Source: a virus. From it: 64,000 nt of DNA. This document shows, in pieces, positions 9,826-19,000 of this stretch. The stretch covers positions 1 to 64,000 of IMG/VR virus record IMGVR_UViG_3300035703_000025. One strand, given 5' to 3'. Below the pieces are notes generated by a model. The model worked only from the letters and a program-made list of their open reading frames with translations, was not told the origin of the DNA and did not search any database. Each line of letters starts with the position of its first letter. Position 1 is the stretch's first letter. The position numbers were made by a program, and so were the translations under genes.

Positions 9826-10386
9826 TCATGTTATTACCTTTGAGCAATAGTCGTACATGGCAATTCCACTTGCCGTGCCGACATTTAAGCTTCTTACTGA
9901 GCCGTACTGCTCAATATAGATCAAATCGTGACACATTTCAAGGACTTCTTTGTCAATACCAATTTGTTCTTGACCAAAGATCATGATAACGTGTTCGTTC
10001 TTGGGCCACTGGTATTTGTTTACTGGACGAGCGTTAGAAACATTGTCAACTCCGACGATTCTGATATGTTTCTTGTTTTTGCCAAGTAGATTTATTGTGT
10101 TTTTAAGATCGTCAATTTTTGCTACATGATTAAAATGAGTATACAGATGAGTGCCAACAGTTCCTCGTCTGTCGTATCTTTTGTTTCCGTAGATAAAAAC
10201 TTTTTCTGCAAGGAAGGCATTTGAGTTTCGTACAACTGTAGCGATATTAAAGTCGTTTGCAAGATTGCAGCATAGGACACTGAAGTTATTCCTTCTTGTA
10301 TCCAGGTCTGTCATTATTGCTTCATGCGTCCAGTACTTGTAGTGGTCGATCAGATTTCTTGTTTCCGAAGAGGTTTCTGTAAGCAA
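9826..10386 (-). CDS. SpoU/TrmH-family (SPOUT) RNA methyltransferase
   Basis: NIATVVRNSNAF, FGQEQIG, YGSVRSLNVGTASGIAMY. Confidence 0.9.
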   Translation of the reverse strand: MLTETSSETRNLIDHYKYWTHEAIMTDLDTRRNNFSVLCCNLANDFNIATVVRNSNAFLAEKVFIYGNKRYDRRGTVGTHLYTHFNHVAKIDDLKNTINLLGKNKKHIRIVGVDNVSNARPVNKYQWPKNEHVIMIFGQEQIGIDKEVLEMCHDLIYIEQYGSVRSLNVGTASGIAMYDYCSKVIT

Positions 10387-11281
10387 TCAATGCCTCGTCT
10401 TTCATCTTGGTTTCAAGCATTACATCGTATTCAATCGTTTCACTGAGCACTGGAATTTTTGAAGCAATCCAGTTGCTGTGAGCCTGTGGTCTTTTATCTG
10501 TGGCGCTTTCAGAGTAGTGAATTTTTGGTATTTCGCAAAAGCCATCCCATGTACTGAAAGCCATTTGCGCCGCGTCAGTAAGGCTTTCTTTTTGGCAGAA
10601 TCGGTGATGATGGATGTCAAGAACAAGCTTGACGCTGCAACGAGACGCAATCATCTCGTAAAGCTCTGTGATGCTCCACATACTTTCTTTGTCATCGTTT
10701 TCAAGAGTAATTCTATTTTTTAGTTTATCGTCTAGCGACTGAAAGTTTTCAACAAAACGAGTAGATGTCGATTGCTTGTCTCCGTAAACACCGCCAACAT
10801 GGATGTTAATTGCAAAGTCATCACCAAGGCCAAGCAAATCACCTATAAGGCTGTGCATATTAAGGCACATTACGCTTTTTGCAACAACCATTTGGCTTGG
10901 AGAACAAATGCAAGTATACGGACCTGGATGGCAAGAAAGACGCATTCCTTTATCTTTTGCGAATTCTCCGGCCTCCTTCATGCTTTCTTTGATTGAGTGT
11001 TTGTGCGATGAATCAATATCATCAAGTGTCCAGCCAAGTGTTGGGTGATCCATGAACGGAAACATCCCGCTTCCAATCCTAAAAAACTTTATTCCGTTTT
11101 CTTCATTCCATTTTAGGATCTTGATGAGGTCTGCTGCATTTTTAGAGGCTAGATCACCAACCCTAGACAAAGAAAACCCGTCCATTCGGAGGGTTCTATC
11201 TGTAAAGATCTTATCTTTCTTTTTTGCGATAGTATTTTGAATGCCAAGGCACTGGCAAGCGTATCCAAGATGTCTAATCAT
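10322..11281 (-). CDS. uvsE: UV damage endonuclease (UVDE)
   Basis: LGYAC, FFRIGS, RLSCHPG, LENDD, LDIHHH, KIHYSE, LETKMKD. Confidence 0.92.
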   Translation of the reverse strand: MIRHLGYACQCLGIQNTIAKKKDKIFTDRTLRMDGFSLSRVGDLASKNAADLIKILKWNEENGIKFFRIGSGMFPFMDHPTLGWTLDDIDSSHKHSIKESMKEAGEFAKDKGMRLSCHPGPYTCICSPSQMVVAKSVMCLNMHSLIGDLLGLGDDFAINIHVGGVYGDKQSTSTRFVENFQSLDDKLKNRITLENDDKESMWSITELYEMIASRCSVKLVLDIHHHRFCQKESLTDAAQMAFSTWDGFCEIPKIHYSESATDKRPQAHSNWIASKIPVLSETIEYDVMLETKMKDEALIAYRNLFGNKKSDRPLQVLDA

Positions 11282-11669
11282 TAATTAGCCTTGTTTCGTA
11301 AGTATCTTTGTGGACTGTGTGGTTTTTTCTAAAAGACTCGGCTTCTTTTTCACTTGACCAAGACGCGATTGTCTTTCTGTCTTCCATTAGCCAGTCATTT
11401 ATTGTCTTGCACCAAAGACCCCAGCTTTCACTTGATGTCTTCGATTGAGTGTGATGCATACAGATGAATCTCTTCGTTTTGCGGCATCAAACAAACATCA
11501 ACGTCAATGAATGTAGTTTTGTCAAGCCAACCCATTTGCACAGTATAAGCATCTGAGTTTTCAACAACAACCTGATGCCTGTCCTCGTCATAATACGCAC
11601 TAGGCTCATTGTCTGCGGTTGAGGACGAACAAATGCACGTTGCTGCTAGTAGCAGTAGTTTTTTCATAA

Positions 11670-11742
11670 TGCCTCCAGTAGGGATCGAACCTACGACCTA
11701 TCGGTTAAAAGCCGAATGCTCTACCATCTGAGCTATAGAGGC
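11670..11742 (-). tRNA. tRNA-Lys(TTT)
   Basis: GCCTCTA acceptor, CTTTTAA loop, GGTTCGATCC. Confidence 0.95.
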
Positions 11743-11746
11743 GTAA

Positions 11747-11817
11747 TGCGTAGTCCCAGTGCTGCCCTGGTTTGAGCCGATTATAAGTCGGCCTGCGAAG
11801 CTGTCCGCCCACTACGC
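11747..11817 (-). tRNA. atypical tRNA-Ile(TAT)
   Basis: GCGTAGT/ACTACGC acceptor, GCCGA-CTTATAA-TCGGC anticodon arm, non-canonical T loop GGCAGCA. Confidence 0.7.
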
Positions 11818-11831
11818 GAAGTAACTATTAA

Positions 11832-11927
11832 AGCGCACCGGAGGTCTTGCACCTCTTCTCAATTCTCGGCCCTAGGAGCCTTAATCCATATAAGCCTGGC
11901 CTTTTATCTTTGGCTGCTTAAGTGCGC
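11832..11927 (-). ncRNA. tRNA-like RNA of unknown function
   Basis: GCGCACT/GGTGCGC acceptor-like stem and GAGG-TGCAAGA-CCTC T-arm; no canonical D or anticodon arm. Confidence 0.5.
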
Positions 11928-12367
11928 TTGTGTTCTATTTTAGATGTCTGCTTCAGGACTTTCTTCATCAACAAGGACAATCTTGCTCTTTTTGTTGTTT
12001 ACGTGTCCGCTAGCATTGGTCATGAAGTAATTTGACTTTTGTCGATCCTCGTCATGACCAAGACGATAGTTGATTTGATCAATTCCCATAGCTTTGATAG
12101 ATTCCTTATCAAGCATTTGGATGATTGACAAAGAAAGCGACTTTGCGTCGCTCTCTGTAAACGGCATCGGAATATCAATATGAAGTCTATACATTTTGCT
12201 GTGTTACAAAAGATACAGTAATTGGACCAATACGAGTCTCGAATACGCCATTCGACTTGGCTACATTCAGACCCCAAACGAAAGGCCATACCTGGATAGT
12301 GCAAGCAAAAACCTTATTACCAAAGCCAATACCAAAATTAAAAGTTGCTATGTGTTGCATTACATTA

Positions 12368-12880
12368 TTAAGCGGCTTGATCATTTTCCATCTCCTTTGT
12401 TAGTTCGTCTATCTCTTCTTCTGAAGACACCACATCTTTTACGGCCTGCGCTGTAGCGTTTACCATTTCAGTTTGCTCGTCTGGGTTTGACACCCCAGCG
12501 GCCTCAGCTAAAGTTGCCTTTGTAAACGCAACAAGTTGCTTGATTTTGCCACCAATTGGCGCATAGTTACCTGTGCCTTCTTCGTCTTTATGAAGACCCT
12601 TCGGGCAATTAGACTTTGGCATCCAAAGCCTAGGGCTGTAGTCTTTTTCAAGATCTACCGTTGGATCGAATAGTGCCGCCAAATCTCTTGTTCCGCAACC
12701 ACAAGAACCACAGAACATCTTGCCGTCGCGTGGTCTCTTTTGAACCTGGTCACATGTTTCGCAAGCCTTTCTTCTGTCTTGGTAGACTTGAAGTGAAACA
12801 CATCCATTTTTCATTAGTCCAGAAAAAGACTGAAGAAGTTGTGTTGCTTTGGCAATACTAAACTTTGTATCATCTGACAT
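12368..12880 (-). CDS. Cys-rich (metal-binding) protein
   Basis: RRKACETC...CGSCGC...CPKG. Confidence 0.65.
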   Translation of the reverse strand: MSDDTKFSIAKATQLLQSFSGLMKNGCVSLQVYQDRRKACETCDQVQKRPRDGKMFCGSCGCGTRDLAALFDPTVDLEKDYSPRLWMPKSNCPKGLHKDEEGTGNYAPIGGKIKQLVAFTKATLAEAAGVSNPDEQTEMVNATAQAVKDVVSSEEEIDELTKEMENDQAA

Positions 12881-12891
12881 GACAGCTTATT

Positions 12892-13953
12892 TTAGCAACT
12901 AGAGCACGCCTTTAGCAACGACCAAAGGAAAAATTTATTTGCTTCGTAAACATTTAGACCAGAATATTCTGCTGCAGGGCCTGTAAAGCAGTCAATTGTT
13001 GTTGGGAATGTTGTATTTGAAACTCCGCATGGTGTTAGATTTGGAACGATAGCAGCTCCCTCAAGACTTCTCTGCCAAGCAAACATATTTCTGTCTCCAA
13101 TATAGATAATGTATCCCTTTTCGATTTTTTCGTAAGCAAATGGTCTTAGTGTTGCGGATGTGGATGTGCAAGTATTTGGTGATAGGTTTGTAAATGATGC
13201 TGAAATATCAGAAGTTAGTGAAACCCCTCCAGACGAATGACCAACACCGAATGCGGATATCCAGTGCTCGCTTGCGTCTTCGGAAGACTTAAATATATCT
13301 CCTTCAGGATCACCTGAAGGCACTGAAACCCTTCCCGTCCAGTATCTATTAATCTGTTGTGCGCCGCAAGAACAACCAAGATTTGCTTGGGTGCAGCTTG
13401 TAAGATTTGCACTAGCCACATCTGGTAGAATTGTAAGACCAGTTGAGACACCACCTCTAAAAGCGGTGAATGTGCTGTTCATTGTATTGAGGTTTGACTC
13501 TAATGTACCAGCAGCAGTGCCAGATGTAGTTCTAGATACTGTGTCTCCAATAGCCACAACTTTTCCACCGTTTTTAACGTACTCATTAAGCTTTACGTTT
13601 AGTGCAGCAGCACTTCCCGTGCCAAGGTGATTATCGTAGCTGGGATAAAGTGAAGCGATCTGGCTTGACGCCCCTTGAAGTCTTACAACTCCAAAGAAAA
13701 CAACAGAACAAGAGTTCAGGGCCTCAATGCTATCAACCCGAATAACATTGGCCTTTCCCTCGTACATCTTTTCAAAGTCTGTTTTACATGGCGCAGTAAC
13801 AGAACCATTAAAAGTTGTTAGGTCTGTAAGAATGCCAATATTGTTGCAACAACAAACCCTGTGAGTGCTCATGCTATTGTATACACTGTTATATTGTGGG
13901 CATGAGCTTGCCAATACTAAACTAGTCAATCCAACGATTGCCTTAATAAACAT
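12892..13953 (-). CDS. secreted/lipoprotein-like Cys/Ser/Thr-rich protein
   Basis: N-terminal signal MFIKAIVGLTSLVLASS-C, then CCC motif. Confidence 0.6.
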   Translation of the reverse strand: MFIKAIVGLTSLVLASSCPQYNSVYNSMSTHRVCCCNNIGILTDLTTFNGSVTAPCKTDFEKMYEGKANVIRVDSIEALNSCSVVFFGVVRLQGASSQIASLYPSYDNHLGTGSAAALNVKLNEYVKNGGKVVAIGDTVSRTTSGTAAGTLESNLNTMNSTFTAFRGGVSTGLTILPDVASANLTSCTQANLGCSCGAQQINRYWTGRVSVPSGDPEGDIFKSSEDASEHWISAFGVGHSSGGVSLTSDISASFTNLSPNTCTSTSATLRPFAYEKIEKGYIIYIGDRNMFAWQRSLEGAAIVPNLTPCGVSNTTFPTTIDCFTGPAAEYSGLNVYEANKFFLWSLLKACSSC

Positions 13954-14359
13954 CTGATTTCCTCGCGTAAAGTCCGTATTGCGTAAAGTATACAACGCTT
14001 GCACCTTTTAGTGCAATCCCTTTTGGGCTTCCAAAGATGTAGAATCCTTGGCTAATATATGGATCGTAAGTTATCTTTACGATATCATCTGGTAGAGTAA
14101 ACCCACTAGGGAGCTTTTCAAAATAACCACGAATACCAGCGTGTACGTTCTTTTGTCCAGAACGAAGAACGCGATTTCTGCCAGCCTGAGAAACTTTAAA
14201 CTCAGCAGCGTTTATGGCAAACTGACCAGTGTCGTAGCCAACAACTCTCTTTGTTCTCTCATTTCTTACAGAGAAGCACTTTCGGTGTAGATTTCTGTAG
14301 ATAAAAACTAGCTCATCTTGTGGAATTGTTTTGTTATTAACCGCTGAAGTTAGTGTCAT
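13943..14359 (-). CDS. conserved phage hypothetical protein
   Basis: YRNLH.KCFSVR...GR.RVLR..KNVHA...YDPY. Confidence 0.7.
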   Translation of the reverse strand: MTLTSAVNNKTIPQDELVFIYRNLHRKCFSVRNERTKRVVGYDTGQFAINAAEFKVSQAGRNRVLRSGQKNVHAGIRGYFEKLPSGFTLPDDIVKITYDPYISQGFYIFGSPKGIALKGASVVYFTQYGLYARKSDVY

Positions 14360-14562
14360 GGTCAACTCCAAGCTCAATAGTAAGAACAAGGTGTGCAACC
14401 TGGCTCATTTCAACAGGAGTATCGCCGTAATTCCTCATCACCCACTCAAAGACATCTTTTACCGATGAGAAATAATGGCTTTCATTTCCTGTGAAAGGCT
14501 CTCCAATCATAAGAACATATTTACCATCACCAAAGTAATCAATTTGTAGTGATTGTTCTGCA

Positions 14563-15048
14563 TTAAGCATATTCGTACCATCCATTGTCTGTGCTGTAAA
14601 TAACCTTCTTTATTTCAGGACAAGCCAGAATAAGCCTTTGGCAAGACTGGCACGGCTTTGAGTTTCGCAGTATTGGAGTTCTAGCTGTTAGAGATGACGA
14701 GCTAAGTCTAACATTAACAAGTGTTGCGTTGTAAAACTCGTTTGACTTCTTTGCTTTCAAAATTGCGGAAAGTTCGGAGTGCATTGTTCCAAATCTGCAA
14801 TTCAGCTTGAATGCAAGAGGGTGTGTCTGCATACTTCTGTTGACGCCAAGAGCAATGATCTTGCTGCGCCTAAGAACAAATGAAACATGCTTTGAGTCAG
14901 AGTCGATGTCTTCAATCAGAGACATTGAGAGGTCAACGCACTTATTCAGCCTTCTGATCATAGCAGAATCAAGAAGTAGCGATCCTTTCGCGGTTTTGTC
15001 GCGGTTTTTGTCATCAGAATTCAGGGTATTCAACATCTGGTGGCTCAT
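14563..15048 (-). CDS. cytidine/dCMP deaminase-like zinc-binding protein
   Basis: HSE...SKPCQSC deaminase motif. Confidence 0.75.
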   Translation of the reverse strand: MSHQMLNTLNSDDKNRDKTAKGSLLLDSAMIRRLNKCVDLSMSLIEDIDSDSKHVSFVLRRSKIIALGVNRSMQTHPLAFKLNCRFGTMHSELSAILKAKKSNEFYNATLVNVRLSSSSLTARTPILRNSKPCQSCQRLILACPEIKKVIYSTDNGWYEYA

Positions 15049-15513
15049 ATGGCTTATATTCGTCTATGAAGTCAGGGTCTTCATTAATAAAGTTATAGTC
15101 TTCGCTAGTCTCTCCAGCATTTTGAAGCTTGTAATGCTCCCAAACAGGAACTGCTGAGGGGTTCCACTCCCACAAAAGTTCACGCATCACCCTGATCCTC
15201 TTTTCAAGATCGGTGATTCTATTAAGTACAGAATTTGGATCTGCTAGATTAATGTTGAACTTTCTGAGATCTAGTGGTTCGTTTTCGCTCATTTATCGCG
15301 CCTTTAGGAATTGTAGACCAACAATCACATTATTGTCAAGAACCGCAGAACAAAGCCACTTTTTGTTTCCAACAGTTATTTGCTTTTCGCTAATGTAATC
15401 AGCAACATTAGCGGTGATCCAAGTGCCGTCTGGAAGATTGAATCTTGAATCTTTAGATATGTTTGTTTTATACCAGACACCATCCATTGACATAACGTGT
15501 CTTAGATAATTCA

Positions 15514-16122
15514 TCATAGCACCTTTCCCCATTGTTCAGCCATTGCCTTTGCGATTCCTGGAAAGGTTTTAGATCTGAGCTTTGCTCTTTCGAAAGGGGA
15601 AAGCTTAGCTGCGTCAGAATACCACTTAGGCATGGTTTTTCCGCTTTTGAACTTAACGCGCTCTCCTGATGAAACAATATTCGTTGGTTTTAGCAATGGT
15701 AGATTTTTCAACCAAAGGCATGTTCTTTTACTAAATGAATCACCGAACTGGTATGGCTGAATGATTTGGTCTGGCTTTCGCCAAACTCTAGACATTACAC
15801 CAACAGGATTCTCAATAGCGATTTTGTCGCACTTTGCGTTGGCAAACTGCATGAAGAAGTTTATACCATCCTGCTGCCTTCCGTCTTTGCGCTTTTGCTC
15901 AAACCACGCAGCACCAGAAACAGCCAAATGTGTGCAAGGCGGAAACGCAATGATCATATCCCAATCATCTTCTAGAAGAGGCAGAACGTCCTGCTGAAGA
16001 TGCCACTCGGGATTTGGTCCGCTGCACGGAGCAATATCACATGAAAAAGCTTCGTGACCAAGAAGCCTAAGCTCCTTTGTTACGGCCTGACTTTCTTCGC
16101 AAGCTACAAGGATTTTAGCCAT
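15514..16122 (-). CDS. DNA cytosine-C5 methyltransferase-like protein
   Basis: AFPPCTHL (motif IV), IENPV (motif VI), KRTCLW. Confidence 0.8.
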   Translation of the reverse strand: MAKILVACEESQAVTKELRLLGHEAFSCDIAPCSGPNPEWHLQQDVLPLLEDDWDMIIAFPPCTHLAVSGAAWFEQKRKDGRQQDGINFFMQFANAKCDKIAIENPVGVMSRVWRKPDQIIQPYQFGDSFSKRTCLWLKNLPLLKPTNIVSSGERVKFKSGKTMPKWYSDAAKLSPFERAKLRSKTFPGIAKAMAEQWGKVL

Positions 16123-16315
16123 TTACCACCCCATAAAAGGTTCTTTTTTCTGAAGCTCAACAAAGTATTCTTTTTCTGGAAACTCTCTAGTTGCTGAAGC
16201 TATCGCTTTCTTTAGTCCTTTATCATCAAGAACCATCTCACAGTATATCGCCTCTTTTTGTTTGCTTACTTTTCTGTAAACAACAAGCCAAGCTGGATAT
16301 TTTTGGTTTTTCATG

Positions 16316-16348
16316 AAAAATCTAGCCGCAGTTTCCTGCGACTAGACT
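16316..16348 (-). terminator. intrinsic terminator
   Basis: tctagtcgcag/ctgcggctaga hairpin followed by U-tract on minus strand. Confidence 0.6.
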
Positions 16349-16352
16349 GTTA

Positions 16353-16763
16353 TTATAGGCTTTCGTAGTGCTGATCAATGATACTGGCAATGTAATCAAA
16401 AGATTTGCCAGAGTCATTCATGTCTGCAAGATGTTCGTAATCAACATCAAGCTCGCAGTCAATCAGAGATCCGATTTCCGTAGACATACCAGCCCATCTC
16501 ATAACCTCATCTGGAAGAACATCGTCCTTGCCGTTGTATGAAATAACATTTTTTCCGTCTGATGCACGATCTTCAATGTTTTCTGTGCTAAGTGTCTTCT
16601 TTCTTGACTTCTTTTGATTTAGATTATAAAGCTCAGTCAAGACACCAAGGCAGCAATAGCACATAGTACCATTGCTTTCAACAGAACACAGGGCGTCTCG
16701 TCCCTGCTCCCATCTTCCAGACCTAAGTTCTTTAGTCCACTTCTTTGCGATATCTTTCTTCAT
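16353..16763 (-). CDS. conserved phage protein
   Basis: KWTKELRSG..EQG...CCLGVL...LA.MNDSG.SF..IA. Confidence 0.7.
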   Translation of the reverse strand: MKKDIAKKWTKELRSGRWEQGRDALCSVESNGTMCYCCLGVLTELYNLNQKKSRKKTLSTENIEDRASDGKNVISYNGKDDVLPDEVMRWAGMSTEIGSLIDCELDVDYEHLADMNDSGKSFDYIASIIDQHYESL

Positions 16764-17017
16764 ATCAGGCTTCCTTAATATCAAAAACGATATAAGAGCC
16801 TTCTGGCATATCGGCAAGATCGCAGCTTTCTTCAAGCCAAGACTGCTTCATCCTGACACTTTCTGCGCTTCGACCAGGCTCAACAGTGTCGTGATGATGC
16901 TGATCTTCGGTGTAGGCGTAATAGCAATTGTTTGTTTTTTCAATAATGAGCTTCATGTGTAAATCCTTTTGAGGAGTTTTGGGGACTGGGCAACGCACCC
17001 GGCCCCCATCACTAGAT

Positions 17018-18016
17018 TCAGATAAGCGCAAGCGCAGCATTAAACGCTTCACGCTTCTTTACGGCTCCTGAAGACATGAGGACGCTGTACATCCTGTTGT
17101 TTGCGCGATCAGCGTCATCAGTACCCTTCGTGCTGCGCTGGTGATCAACAAACTTAGTCACCGCATTGAATGCAGCCCAGGCAGTACCTTCAATCTGAGC
17201 GAATTCCGTTTCTGCCCAGTTCTCGTAAATCTGCTCGCGCATGTTTTCAGTGCGAGTATTGTTCTTTGCGTTTTCGTTATCAGGGAAAAGAGACTCAATA
17301 TAGGACTTGAGTTCAGTCTTGTTGATATTGCGCTTTGCGAGAGCGTTCATCTGCTCATTGTACTCTTCAACCTGAGAGTTGACAATACCAAGACGCTCAC
17401 GAGCAATGTCAATCTTCGTTGACATGTTCTTCGTGTGGCGCATCTTGATGCCTCGCTCAATTGAGAATCCGTTGATGGCAAGAGTGAAGGTGTTGTTGCA
17501 AACGACACGAACAAGAGTCGGCATCATAGTAACACTCATACTTCCATCGTGAGAAGTAGCAAGCATGACGTATGCATTGGTTGCATCGTCAGTCTTGGCA
17601 ACACGCAGCTCAGCAGGAAGCTTGGCAAGAATCCAAACAATCTTTCCTCCGTGAATAGCACCTGCAGTTTCGTAAATTGCGAGCTTTTCACCAACAACGC
17701 TGTCAAAGAACTCAAACGCTTCGCTGTTCTGGAAAATCTTGTAGTTCTTGCCGACAACACCAAGAACAGCATTGGTGTCTCCGCGAACAACAGCAAAGTT
17801 CTCTGGAACATCAATCTTGTTACCGTCACCATCAATCGTCCAGAGATTGGTCTTGAACAGAGAGTAATCAAGACCAGCATACTTGATGGCGTCTGCTGAA
17901 GTTGCTGCGTCTTCCTCAATCACAGTCCCAAGACCGTGCCACGGAACCATTCCGCGAGAGGAGAACATAGCAGCCTTGCCAGTCGTCATGTCAATCTTGT
18001 GGCATTCGTTGCTCAT
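17018..18016 (-). CDS. DUF932 / TIGR03299 phage-plasmid protein
   Basis: PWHGLG, YETAG, SHDGS, RVVCNNT, GTAWAAFNAVT..DH. Confidence 0.9.
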   Translation of the reverse strand: MSNECHKIDMTTGKAAMFSSRGMVPWHGLGTVIEEDAATSADAIKYAGLDYSLFKTNLWTIDGDGNKIDVPENFAVVRGDTNAVLGVVGKNYKIFQNSEAFEFFDSVVGEKLAIYETAGAIHGGKIVWILAKLPAELRVAKTDDATNAYVMLATSHDGSMSVTMMPTLVRVVCNNTFTLAINGFSIERGIKMRHTKNMSTKIDIARERLGIVNSQVEEYNEQMNALAKRNINKTELKSYIESLFPDNENAKNNTRTENMREQIYENWAETEFAQIEGTAWAAFNAVTKFVDHQRSTKGTDDADRANNRMYSVLMSSGAVKKREAFNAALALI

Positions 18017-18034
18017 CGTAAGTCCTTAGTGTTG

Positions 18035-18076
18035 TGGGGGAGGCAGAAACAGCTACACGCCGCTCTACCTCCCCCA
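18035..18076 (-). terminator. stable hairpin between rIIB and DUF932
   Basis: tgggggaggcaga...tctacctccccca inverted repeat. Confidence 0.5.
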
Positions 18077-18123
18077 TCCCGAAATGATTCTAGCGATTAT
18101 TCAGTTGCTTGTCTACAGTGTTT

Positions 18124-18981
18124 TCAGTAATTGTAGTAATCGTACTCGTCACCGCGAGTCTTTGGGGCCTTGCTAGTGCAGCAGTCGTTGCCGCAGCAGT
18201 CATCGTCTTCATCCTCAAAATCGTCTTCCCAAGAAAAGTCGCTACCATCGACACCGTAGCAGGGGTTGTTCAGCTGCTCCTTGAACTCGGAAAGAACAAC
18301 ATACTCGCAGCAGCGAAGCTTGCGACTGTCCTCCGAAGGAACAGAAACAACATCCTTTGGGTTGATCTTGACGATCAGGAACTTTGAGTCAGAGTGACCA
18401 TATCCGCGAACATAGTCAAGACTACCAGCATGGAGGCCATGAGAGCATCCACGATTGCAGTCGTCATCCACGTTACGGCGAGCAAAGGAAACGCGAGTGC
18501 CGATTCCGTTGTAGATCTTGCCGCTGTAGATGTCGTAATAGTCATTACGAACAGCCTTGTAGGCCAGGAAATGGCCGTCTTCCGTGATAGGAAGACCTTC
18601 ATGCTCAAGGAATCCGTAAAGCTCGTTACGAGATCGGAATGACGGATTTTCCATCATGTTGTTGATGAAGTTGATGAGAGGCTCAAACGGAAGATTCTCT
18701 CGCATAAACTGGAAAACACGATCAACAATAAGGCCGTGAAGCTGCTCACCCTTGTAGTAAATCGTTCCGTTGGCAACGGTGATATTGCCGCTGTCGGAAA
18801 CATAGGAGCGAACCGCCTCTTCAACATTGATCATCTTGTGAAGAGACTGCCAATCACGGTTTCGGATTGCTTCACGGCACTTCTGGAAGTTCGGGTGATT
18901 CGAATTGATCACTTTCGGTGACTCGCCAGAGAAGACAACGGTCATGCTGATATCAGTGCAGATGATGGAAGGAGTGTTCAT
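18124..18981 (-). CDS. rIIB: rIIB-like protein
   Basis: NPS.RS..ELYGFL, DGHFLAYK.V, CSHGLHAG, VKINPKDVVSVP, K.RCCEY. Confidence 0.88.
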   Translation of the reverse strand: MNTPSIICTDISMTVVFSGESPKVINSNHPNFQKCREAIRNRDWQSLHKMINVEEAVRSYVSDSGNITVANGTIYYKGEQLHGLIVDRVFQFMRENLPFEPLINFINNMMENPSFRSRNELYGFLEHEGLPITEDGHFLAYKAVRNDYYDIYSGKIYNGIGTRVSFARRNVDDDCNRGCSHGLHAGSLDYVRGYGHSDSKFLIVKINPKDVVSVPSEDSRKLRCCEYVVLSEFKEQLNNPCYGVDGSDFSWEDDFEDEDDDCCGNDCCTSKAPKTRGDEYDYYNY

Positions 18982-19000
18982 TGCGTAATTTCCTTTAGTC

